From: Catajapyx aquilonaris
Lineage: Eukaryota
Direction: 5' to 3'
DNA length: 64,000 nucleotides
Assembly (NCBI GenBank): GCA_000934665.2
Contig: KZ538434.1
Location: 1 to 64,000, forward strand
A model generated the notes under the pieces. The model was not told the DNA's origin and made no database searches. It saw only the letters and a list, made by a program, of their open reading frames with translations. Shown piece after piece: positions 13,451 through 25,075 of this stretch (position 1 is the stretch's first letter; each line of letters starts with the position of its first letter). Made by a program: the position numbers and the translations under genes.

Positions 13451-14992
13451 CTGAAACAATTCAATAGGGATGGAAGGATGCTTCCCACCACTTCCTCTGT
13501 CCCAAGTTTTCTTATCGCTTCCAAGTCACCTCTAGATACAGCCGATAGTAGCCTTATCAAGAGCACACCCAAACCTCTAGCATCCTGCAAGTGGAGATTT
13601 TCAATGCTTTTATTACCTCAAATCCTCCCACTCACATCCTGACCCCTACCCTAGCAGGAATCACATGTGCTCAAGGACTGCTTTTGTTTCTCAAAGTGTA
13701 AAAAAAATTTGCATGCTTCATGAAATGTGACACAGGCACATAAGTGTACACCATGCAATCTAAGATACCAGTTTCAAGTGACAATTGATGATTATGAATG
13801 ATAATGAAGCATCTAAAATGCTTCTTTTTATCATATGCACGCCCCTCTTCATTTCTAGGTCAAAAACCACAACAAAGCATTGTCTTATGTTCTAGTTAAT
13901 GGGACCTACTTCTCTGTCTCGCAATTTATACATCCCAGCAAAAATTTTAGCGTGCACTGACAGTACGGTAGGTGTTTCCGGTTCATATAAAAATATCAAT
14001 ATGGCCATTCAAAACCAAACATGAAAGAAAACGTCCAAAGGCTGCCTCGAATGGAATCACACACTTGCATGCCACACCTAACAATCCACACTTCTTCCTT
14101 TTCCCGTGGTTAGCCCCAAACTAGTGTTGAGTCTGAAGCAGTGAATATTCCTATGCAAAAAAAGTGATGGCCAGCTGACAAATATCATCAAGTTTGACAG
14201 CACCAACTGCTACCTGTCAGGATTTCTGCTAACAAAAGCAAACAGGATGTTATACAGTGTACCCAGCCCAATATATTTCATTGCAACAATAAAGAATATG
14301 AAAAGAGAAGCAACCGTGACTGCAGATGCTTATCCACTATATATCCTATTCTTAGTGTGAATGACCTGAGAAATGCAGGGTTGTATTAATTATTAATAAT
14401 GGTTAGGGAGAAGGGGGAAGTGCAGCAATATATTACAAGCAGATTGACTATCACTTGCAATCCAAAATCCATTGTCCTCCCCCTTCCCCCAGTTTTTTGC
14501 ATTGCAGGTACTTCCTGCCATTATGCCCATAGTAATTATTAATACAGCCATCAATCAATCAGGTCCCTAAAAAAACTGGTCTCATTGATTTATTCTTTGC
14601 ATTATCACCAACGCTACCAAGGTCCAAGGCCAAATAAGTGTGAACTTACTTCAATGGAGGTAATTAGGTCTCAGCATGTGTGCCACGGTTTAGACTAGGC
14701 AGTGGTGCTTGGCAGCATTAGAAATATTTAATCAGCCAAGGCACTTAATTTATGCTGCCAGAATGACTATTACAACTGCACAGAATGACAACTCTTGCAC
14801 CTGTAACCGGTCAAATATGAAAGCAAAAGAAAATATAAATCCATAAAATATCACGAACATCTGCAAACACTTTGTGCATTAAGCCACCTGTCATGACCAT
14901 ACCAACTGTTTTTATCTTAATGATGTACTTTTTATACTGGAATCATAGTTCATGTCTACATGAGTGACAATATGTTTAGTATGTTTAGTGCA

Positions 14993-15598
14993 GGACACCT
15001 ATTTTGTCTGTAAACTCAAGATTTTCGCTGCAAATCTTGCTTGTTAGTGTGTATTGGAAAAGTGAAAGCTAAATTGAAAACCATGGATACAGCTGAGATA
15101 CTAGAGTCAAAAATTTGCAAATTTGCAATTTTTTCAAGTTTCATATAGCCACAGAAGGTGCCAGTTACTTGCAATATTTCAGTTTTGAAGCATTGGTAGA
15201 TTACAATGTATTTTTGGTCACATTGTTCACGAAAACTGATATTAATGGCCTTGATGATGACGCAATACTTCCTGCACAATATGGCATCACTGGAATGTGG
15301 GTATTGCAATGTTGGAATGGGGGTAACTCATCTGCATTCATTTAATATCAGTTTCAGTAAACGTTACTTAAAAAAAGCCATAATCTACTAATTCTACCAA
15401 AATTGAAATAAAAATTATCACATAGCAGCATCTGTCATCATATGAAACTTGGAAAAATTGCAAATTCAAAACACTTTGACCCCAACATCTCACCTGCGCA
15501 TTCCTAGTTTACAATATATTCTAGCTTCCACTTTTCTAGTCCATACTATCAAGCCCCATTTGCACCAACAACAATTAACATGACGAAATAGGTGTCCT
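14993..15598. mobile_element. Old diverged MITE with inverted arms (related copy at ~12850-13000)
   Basis: ggacacctatttt… / …aaataggtgtcc termini. Internal tttgcaatttttt-caagtttcatat pairs with atatgaaacttggaaaaattgcaaa. Confidence 0.55.
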
Positions 15599-17218
15599 AC
15601 ATATTCGTTATCTAATTTGCTTGCATTCTTACTGCCTGCATTAAACTTACACCTTATTTTTATAAGTGCCTTACGCCAATATTTATCATTCAAAAGAAAG
15701 TCACAACTCAAAAACATAGAATTTTTTCAGATAATCTTACTCTAGAAAGGAATAAAACACTATTGGACTTGGACCAGAGCATAGTGCAACATAGCTTACA
15801 TACATGAGTAAACTTCACTTGCATCATTTATAATTAATGAGCCTCTGCATTGGTGTGACAAGAGGTTTATGAAGGGTGTGGCATACTGCTCCAAACTACT
15901 CTAAATGAAATTTCATGTGGCATAACTCAACACACTTGCAGCCTTAACTGGGGTTGGGTCATGCGCTCTAATTGAAGTGTCCTACACAGTTCATTGAACC
16001 ACAGCTACCAAACTATCATACGCAATGTAAAATACTTATGGTCAACTTAGGTGCTTTAAAAAATGTTACAGAAATTAACCTCTATCCTCAGGTATTAAAT
16101 GACATATGTAAGTAATTTCAACATAATTCTCCTCCTTGGGAACAGCACGCAAGTGGGAACCTGAATCTCTCACACAGTATGCAACATGTGACAATTTCAA
16201 ACACAAAACAGTATCACTTCTTGAAGAAAAAATCATAGGAGAAACGTGACACCTTCAAAAAACAATTTTACTCAATTGACTATTCTTGTTGTAATCTGAT
16301 TGTAATTTCACTTGTTCAGTCCTTTAGATTCTGGTGATGTTACCAAGCTGATTTATTTCCAATTTCCACACTTGGCTCCTAAACTTTACTTGTTAAAAAT
16401 AGATTAATGGAGTTTGTGGCTGCAACACTGATCAAATCCTAGTGCCTCACCACAAGAATTACAGTGAAAATCATTTGTGAACTCCATGCACCTGAGTCCA
16501 CATATCAAAGTAGTCGATCAGAAACTAGGAGCCCTTTTTAAATGCCAAATAAACTCTTTGCATCAATTCCATTCAATCACAGTAAATGCAATTGCAACAT
16601 GTCTCCACACAACCTAAAGTTCGCTATTTAAAACAACCTTACGTCTGACCTAGCCTCAGGGTCCACCACTTTCCTGTATGTCATTGCTATAATTTTAACT
16701 CGATCAGCACAGGCCTATCAGACGTGAAACGGCAAGGTTTTCCATAACTCCTGGCAGTTGCTTTTCATGGAACGTGACTACAAATTCAGTCTCCTTTAAG
16801 TTCAATTTACCAGATACAACAGGCCCCAATCTCTCATGCAATGGTTTTCCCAGCTAATGATGATACTTGCATCCAATCCTGATTTTCCAGGTATCTGCCA
16901 CAGTATCTCCCACTATAAATGCTAAAATATCTGAGTCAATGATTTCCAGTGCAAAATAAAAGTGTGAGCTGAGTGAGGAACCTCCTCATTAATGCATAAT
17001 GCCTGTACTGGGGTCATGATTTAATATCTTTGCTTGTGGATCAAATCACAAGTGACTGATGGCATATTTGAATCATGATCGACACTTGAATCACATATTC
17101 AAAAAGCAATTGGCAAAGGTTCATGATCAACTTTCTTGACAAAACAATGTACAAATGATGCAAGATTTTTGTGTCAATAAACCATGTTGTGGCTTGTAGC
17201 TTGTAGTCCCATATAACG

Positions 17219-17379
17219 TAGTGTTGGACATTAATAGCATCATACTGCTAGTGACATTTTCTGAAGCGGCAGAAGGAATCGAAGCAATGGATAGTGCAAG
17301 CCATGCGAGCAATATTCGTTCTTCTGCCCCTTCAGAAAATGTCGCTAGCAGTATGACGTGATTAATGTCCAACACTGTA
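17219..17379. mobile_element. Short palindromic MITE
   Basis: agtgttggacattaat…catactgctagtgacattttctgaag pairs with cttcagaaaatgtcgctagcagtatg…attaatgtccaacact. TA flanks. Confidence 0.8.
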
Positions 17380-19969
17380 CATCATGTGAGATTTTTTTTT
17401 CTTTTTCCAGGTGGAGTAGTGGTACACTAGAGACAGGTATATAAAAGAGGATCCCCTAAGAGGCCACAAAACTTATTATTGTTCCCAGTCTTTCAACTTG
17501 AACATTCCATAACTCAAAGTATTTTTGCTGGACCTTCGGAGATGTTAAGTTTCGGCGCATAATAGCGACTTGACCATTGACGTCACTAGCTCTCATTGTA
17601 AGTCCATCGTTGACAGTAACTACATACATTGTGGCTCCTGTGCCCATGGCTACACCTACATATCCCAACAACAGCCCGTTGAACCCTCCTGATATTCCCG
17701 CAACCATCGCTACTGACCGTGCACGAAGAATGCCTCTGTTGGCGCGACGGTGTCCACTGGCCGGCTTTTGGTTAGGGGAAGGGGAGTCGGCAGCAGAAGC
17801 GACGTGCGCTCCTACTCCTCCTCCTCCCCATGGAAGAATCAAGTGTCGAAGAAGGTGTATCGGCTGCAGGGTCAAGGCAGCAGCAGGAGGAGGAGGCAAT
17901 TGAGGACGACCCCCGCGACCCACACAACGACATCTTTCCACAGGCTAACAACACATGACTGCATTCGAGAGCTGAAGAGAGACTGAGGGGTCGGGAACAC
18001 TGGTGGGTGGGAGGGGCATTACACACTCCTTGACCACAGAATGGAACCAAGCATAGCGGCTATAGCCAGGAGCAACAAGCAGCTTGCGATATTGTCTTCG
18101 AAATTAGAACCGGTTCCAACCTTAGAGGGTTCTAACATTGAAATATCGCATATATTTTCCTCAAATTAAATGATTGAACATACATGGTTTTTGCTTGCAG
18201 CTGGAAGAGTACCTGATGGTTTCGTGGGACGAGCTGTCCTGTGTCTTTTTACAGTCAATGGAATTTCTGGAGGGAATGATGGGCCAATGATGGCCAATAC
18301 CACCAATACGTGCACCCCGTTGGATTGCGTGAGGTTGCATGATCGAACCGCACCACGGTCAACCGGGGCGGACCAGTGCAAGTTTGTTTATTTCAGGTTT
18401 GAAACAGTTAAAGCAATAATTGGCAAGCGTGGCTGACGTCTGGCGGCGCATGGCGGCGGCTGCGTGAAACACGTACGCGGGAACTTTGAGTGCTGCTAAA
18501 ATCCAAGGGTGGAATTTTCGTTTCACTGCTAGTTTCCTAGTTACTGCTAAGAACGAAAATTCCACCCCAAGGTTGTACTCGACTCCATCTCTTGCCGTAC
18601 CCCCATTGACCCTTCTGACCCCTGTGACTCCCACTCCCGGTCATTCATACGTAATTAGATACAAGGAGAACTCTTATTTTTTCACACTTCATTTTGTTAC
18701 GCTTAAACTTTTCAAGTTACATGCAGGACTACATGGTAGCTTATGTTTGGGTTAAACCACTTCATCGTCCGTCTCACATTGTAACTAAGCGTTAAATTTA
18801 ATAAGATATGAACGAGGGGTTATGTATTGTGAACTTACCTTCTCTTTCGATTGAATATTCCGAAATATTGTTTTATTTTAATAATATTTTGTTTGCAGGA
18901 TAGTTGCTTCGCTGTAAGTCAATATACAGTATGTAAGACTCGTAATAGGATCTCCATTGTCCATTGTACAGATGCGATAGGATTTTCCAAATTAGTGTAC
19001 GCCATTAGATGAAGCCACATTTAACACTTCCGTTACCGCTATCCCGAAAATCGGGATACCTAAAAAAATTGCTGTGTCTAGACTTCCAGAGTGTCAATAA
19101 GGTCACGATGTTAATGAGTGAGATTTCTTCGGAATAGGTATAATATATATTCATGTGACAAATATTTGATGTTTGTAAGTCAATTCGTTAGTTATAAATG
19201 TTAACTCATAGTGGGAAACAGGAAACTGCCACAACGAGTTATGGGCGTCTTCTAAACCAGCCATCCCGACACGAAATTGGTGTCCTGACATTTCAGTTTA
19301 GCCCAGGAAAGCGTGCTGGCATTTTTAAAAGAGCATTTCGGGGTCTGGCCGTCCATTCTGCAGAATGGATGGTTCGAAAATGAGCATTCTGCAGAATGGA
19401 CGGTTTTTTTCGCCCAATGGCCGTTTTCGGGGTATGAGCCTACTCTTGGCCTAACCAAGAGCTTGGCCTATAAACATATACACCGGAGTACCGAAGTGGT
19501 TCACCCCTTGTCCAAAACATTATATTCATCCAGTTTATTGGCATTTACCATGTACTTGCTTTAGAGGAAAATCTTTAAAAAATGCAGCAAATGCAGGATA
19601 ATTACAACTGGCAAATTATACCCAACAAACATTTTGGGGATATCAGAAAAATGCATGCGTCGGATAATTATTATAGTAGGCTACGTACAACTGGTCAGTA
19701 GTCAAACTCCACATTAAGTATTACATGATTTTTTTTTGTTTTAACCGTATTTTAAAACTCATTTTAAAAATCCTGCAGCACTCCTACTGCTGTGGAACCT
19801 GATACAAGTATTAAAAGAAAATGGTGGCACAAGCAGTAGTGAGAGTGATAATGTCCAGAATTGATGAGTATTTTTTCCATTTTTGTATAAGTTGGCATAG
19901 CTTACGTTAAATCGCAGAAAATGAAATACTTGATGCGACAGATTTCATCTCATTATTTTCCATGTAAAA

Positions 19970-20720
19970 TACAGAGTGGAGCAAAAGTCATGGGCTGGTT
20001 TAAACGACGCAGCATGGGTTAAGTAACGAACGATTATATTTTGAAAACATTACACTACACAGAGAAAGATATGCCATTTATGGATCAAGGACCAAAAAAG
20101 TCACTTCTTGAAAACAACACCGGATGTCCACCTTTGCGGACAACACATATTCCTCCAAACGCCGCCGGACGAAACCCTTCATAACGCGCTCCGCAGCATG
20201 TCCAAGGAAATGTTTCTCACGGCGTGTCTTATCTGATCCTCAAGATCAGCCAATGACTGATGACGTGTGGCGAACACCAAACTCTTCATCAGGTACCCCC
20301 ACAAGAAGAAGTCGGGGTGGTCAAATCCGGAGACCGCGACGGCCAACGAATGTCCCCAAATCTCGAAATGACCCTCCCAGAAACACTTGCCTTTTAATTT
20401 GTTAGGTGTTCGCCACACGTCCTCAGTCATTGGCTGATCTTAAGGATCAGATAAGACACGCCGCGCCGTGAGAACCATTTCCCTGGACATGCTGGAGCGC
20501 GTTATGAAGGGTTTTGTCCGGGGAGGCGCTTGGAGGAATGTGTTGCCTGCAAAGGTGGACATCTATCCCGTGTTGTTTTCAAGAAGTGACTTTTTTGGAC
20601 CTTGATCCATAAATGGCGTATCTTTCTCTGTGTAGTGTAATTTTTTAAAAATATAATCGTTCGTTACTTACGCCATGCTGCGTCGTTTAAACCAGCCCAT
20701 GACTTTTGCTCCACCCTGTA
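19970..20720. mobile_element. Fold-back MITE made of inverted 3' ends of a rosa/DD41D-like (Tc1/mariner superfamily) transposase
   Basis: TA|CAGAGTGGAGCAAAAGTCATGGGC…GCCCATGACTTTTGCTCCACCCTG|TA, arms ~310 bp. Minus strand (frameshifted) gives GRVISRFGDIRWPSRSPDL/PDFFLWGYL.KSLVF…SLADLEDQIRHAV…GGH…FKK*. Confidence 0.9.
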
Positions 20721-23700
20721 TTTGGAACGTAAATCAAATGTGCTGATTTTTCATGAAATATTCCGGGTTTTCGGGGGACAAACGGAAAAGACCCTAGTCA
20801 CAACACGAAATTCACGTTGTGGCATTTTAAAATTAGTCCATAACGCATTGTGCGTTTTGAAAACGACAGTTTTTTTCCCCACAATAGTTCCTCCCCCAAA
20901 AGTCGTCTCTGGATCCGCCCCTGCAGCGATAAGACGGTAAAAATGAGGCTGAGGGTCGGATTACGTTTGCCTGTACTCGTGTCCGATTCCATTCAGCGTT
21001 GTCTTATTTTTCCTTCCAATACCATAAAATTACCCTGAAAACGTATTCTTAGAATCAGAAAAAAACTTATTCCTGGGAATTCATTGCTTTAGCTGACCTT
21101 TCACTCTATCTGAACTTTGTAATAATTGACCTCAGTGGGACAGTCAAAAAAACCTAAGTCGTCAAGGTATTGGGGTAATTCCGAATCAAGTGGGCCGAAA
21201 TGTTGCTAGACCATCTCGGATTTTGCTGTGGGAAAAATCACAGCTATAAACGCCTGTGCCATAACGCTGCATTACCAAGTTTCATCCATGTTGCATGATT
21301 CCATGGGAGGGGAAAATCGCGAAGCTTTGAAAAAGGCTGAAATTGAGGCCTTTTCCCCCGATTTTTTTTTTAAATAGTGAAAGTGAGCAAAACGCAATGA
21401 CCATAATATTATATCAAAAGATATCTGACGAAATGAAGGCAACGCCCTCACCTCCCGGGTCTGGATTTTCTGCAGGTTACCAAACTGTGAAGATTCCCGA
21501 AGATGCGATGCATCAATGATATATATGGATACATAAATAAATTGTTAAACACTTGCTGCAAGTTTTTGGAATTATTCATTTGCAAATAATACTTGACATA
21601 ATAAATTAATTATTATGATTGACCCCTAGGTGTCAATAATATACGTAGACTATAGGCTGCTGTACTGTGCATATCATGTTCTCTTACCGCTAGTGGTAAA
21701 AGTAGACGCTGCAATTTTCAATCCGAATAACGTTGCAGAGTGTTATATGTTTTTGGCGATCTTACATGGAATATATTGCCCAGGGGTGACAGGAGCAAGT
21801 GAAAAATATTATAGCTCGTCAAAGAACTGCGTAATGGTATTCTTTATCAAGACGTTGCTTCATTAATGGAATTTAAAATCTGTCACTCTTAGTTATGCCC
21901 TACTAGACATTCTATAGTGTGTCCTGGACCCCCCCCCCCCCCAAAAAAAAAACAAAACATATTAGCCTATGTCCCATACCTTGTCCGTTATCGTCTACTC
22001 ATCTTGACGCAATGTTACCTCTCTCTGGCAGTGCAGATCTGCAGGTAGTAGGAAGCTGGACGGGAAATAGAGTAATGTCAAAGAAAGGTAGAGGCATAAA
22101 ATGTCGTAAGAGGGACAAAAGACCTGTCGCACATGTCGACATTTTTAAAAATGGCGCAGTTTTGTCTGAGCCTTATTTATCTGGCATATGAAGCCGTCGT
22201 AGCTTATGCAACATCGTGTGCCCATGAATCTTTTCGCTGTATTTTGTTCTGTGACATCCTTTCCCACTGATTTATAATGTGGAGCTAAAGATAAGCGCAA
22301 GCCATGTGCCACTTCATTATACGGTACCACAAGCATTTTGTACGAGTAATAGTATATTCTGCACCCCATGCTTTTCGCCGCATACACGCTGCTACCCTGA
22401 AGTTGACGATAATTTTTCGAAATTTGTACGTACAAGTACTGCATCTTACTCTTCAGTTTCAGCCACAGAAGTTTGCTGTCGATATACGATCATCAGCATT
22501 CCCTCAGGCGAAATCTATGGGGATAAAATATTGGAATTCTGATGACCTGGACGAAACATTTTTGACAGATAACACATCAGTTATCATGCTTACAGTATAT
22601 ACTGCACCTGAAACTCAGCTTAAATTAATACTGTTAATGTCCGGTTTCTCCAATCTTGTAACTAACATTAAGAAATAACTGCAGTTTAAGTTAGCTGCTA
22701 CGGCATTTAAATTACAGTTAATTCTTAACTGTTAGATAATAAGCTGGGGAATACATGAGTAAAGGTAGTTTCCATGAATTTGTCATGTTGATAATTTCAA
22801 CGAAGTAATTCACTAAATAATTCGATTCAATCGTGTAGCGGCATTGGCAGAGGAACCATTAAATTCTATGTAGTCTCTATCTCCTAAGGTAGTAACTACC
22901 ATAATAAGAAAAATTAAAATTCCAATCTAATAATTTAATCCAAATCCATCAGGTATTTCAGGCCTGGCTGGTCAAGCACTCAATTCCAGGTGCATAATTC
23001 ATTGAATTCGCACATAAATGTGGGTAGCCACGTCCTTGGGCGCTCCAAGTCGATAAGTTTAAATCCTTTATGACATACCCATACCCGGAACTACGCTTCA
23101 GCTATGGAACACTTTATTGTCGTTCCTGGATTTTCTTCCCTACCATCGATAATGAGACAGTTGGAAGGGTCAAATGATTATCCTACGTGGCACACACAAA
23201 AATGGCGCCAAACAGATCACCAGTCCTACTTGATATGCGGAGGTAAACAATCATGTCGCATGGGTCAATCATCAAGGGGGAATTGCCATATACTGTATGC
23301 TGAGTGTATGGGTCGATAAGTCGCGTGTACGTGGACAGAGTTTGTCAGGACGTCGACGAGTGGGCATGCTGAAAAATTTTCCTGATTTTGCGGGGCACAT
23401 TTTCCTCAGTAACAGGTACATATATATTAAATCTTTAAGTCCTGTTGAGAGTATAGACAACAGTATCCTACAATATTTTGTTCTAACAAGTGTGTTTCAC
23501 TGCCGGCAAATTACCGGGATAATTCCTATAGGACTTAATTGTACTTTTTAAACATTTAGATGACACGTCCGGGTAGTGATGCATCTTGATTATTCGTGCA
23601 CTAATGCTTAGAGAAAGAGTAGGCTATACGTTATTGTCAACGTTGTAACTATTACCGAGCTGGTTAACTTAACGTGTATTTTAAAATTTTGCTTACATCC

Positions 23701-25075
23701 GTATCGATGGAAATTTCGCGGACGCTAGCCCCTGTGAACTCACTTTTGGAATGGAATCATACATACTGGACACTGGTGGAGAGCCAATTAAATTGACTTT
23801 CTAACGATGTCATTGCCACACGTGAAGGTGAGATAACATAAATGAGTGTAAATGAATGCCTGTGAAATTTTTGCCGATGCGTAGTGAGCTAAATTTTGAA
23901 ACACGCGCTGCAGATTTCAATTCTTAAATCGGTTCTACATCGCTGTAACTCTGTCTATTATTTTCTACGCTGAATATTCCAAATGAATAATGGATTAAGG
24001 AGTAATTTTAGACAAAGGAAAGACGACGAACACTGTTACATGTGAATAATATGTACTGTGCGTGTCTATATTGACACTATATTATCACATTCCAAAAGTA
24101 AGTAGCCTTTGGCCAGTAAATATGCTTAAAGATTTTCTTCCAGAACTCAACATAGTCACATGATGGACATAATTTTAGCTCTTGTACACAACCACTATGT
24201 TGATCCGGATTTCTTGAACTGCGACCTCCGATTTTGCAAGCCTATGTCGAGCACTCTGATCGTCCCCAATCCTATTTTTTCAACTTGGTCACTCCCTATA
24301 TAGCTCTCACCAGCAACAAATGAAGAAATCGGCCGAAAGAATAATAACTACACAGACTGCAATAAGTGCATCACTAAATTAAGACAATAAAAAGTCATGT
24401 TGGCAGCTTAATTAAACTCCTATCGAATGCAAAAGTTAGTCTAAAGTGTTTAATATTCAGCTTCGAGTCACAGCAAAAAATGCGCTCCCGGAAGTTTATC
24501 CTGGCCGTTAGACACTCCTTTGATCAGCAAATCCAGAGGGTTAGGCGGGTTGCCTTGCTCATTCAGGATAATAAAAGGCATACAGTATTCCTCTAGGATG
24601 TTTGTCCAGGACTACAAATTCTGCACTTATCAGGTAGCCTACTATATTCACAACATCAGTTATTTTTATTAGATAGTATGAACACGGAGCATATGACAAG
24701 TATAGGCCTATGTAGAGAACTAAAATACGCGTAAGTCTACAGTGCATGACTACAGAGTTGGTCAGCAATCTATTGAAAGACCTCAGTATAGTACAGTATT
24801 CTATTGTACTTTTGTACCTGGTATCTTAGGGAGTGATCCTATTGTAAATAAAGTGACATGAGTGCCACGTGTAACTTTTTGTTTGCATAACGCTGGTAGA
24901 GCACTTGTGTTGATGCAACTAGTTAGACAAAATCCACATATTCTTGCATGACTGATATTTTGAGAATAATCTACAGCAGGGACACATTGTAAGCTATCAG
25001 TTATGCTCACCATCTATCCAAGAGAATGATCATAAGTTCGACTTTCAGATGATTTAGAAACCTTCTTCAATGAGA

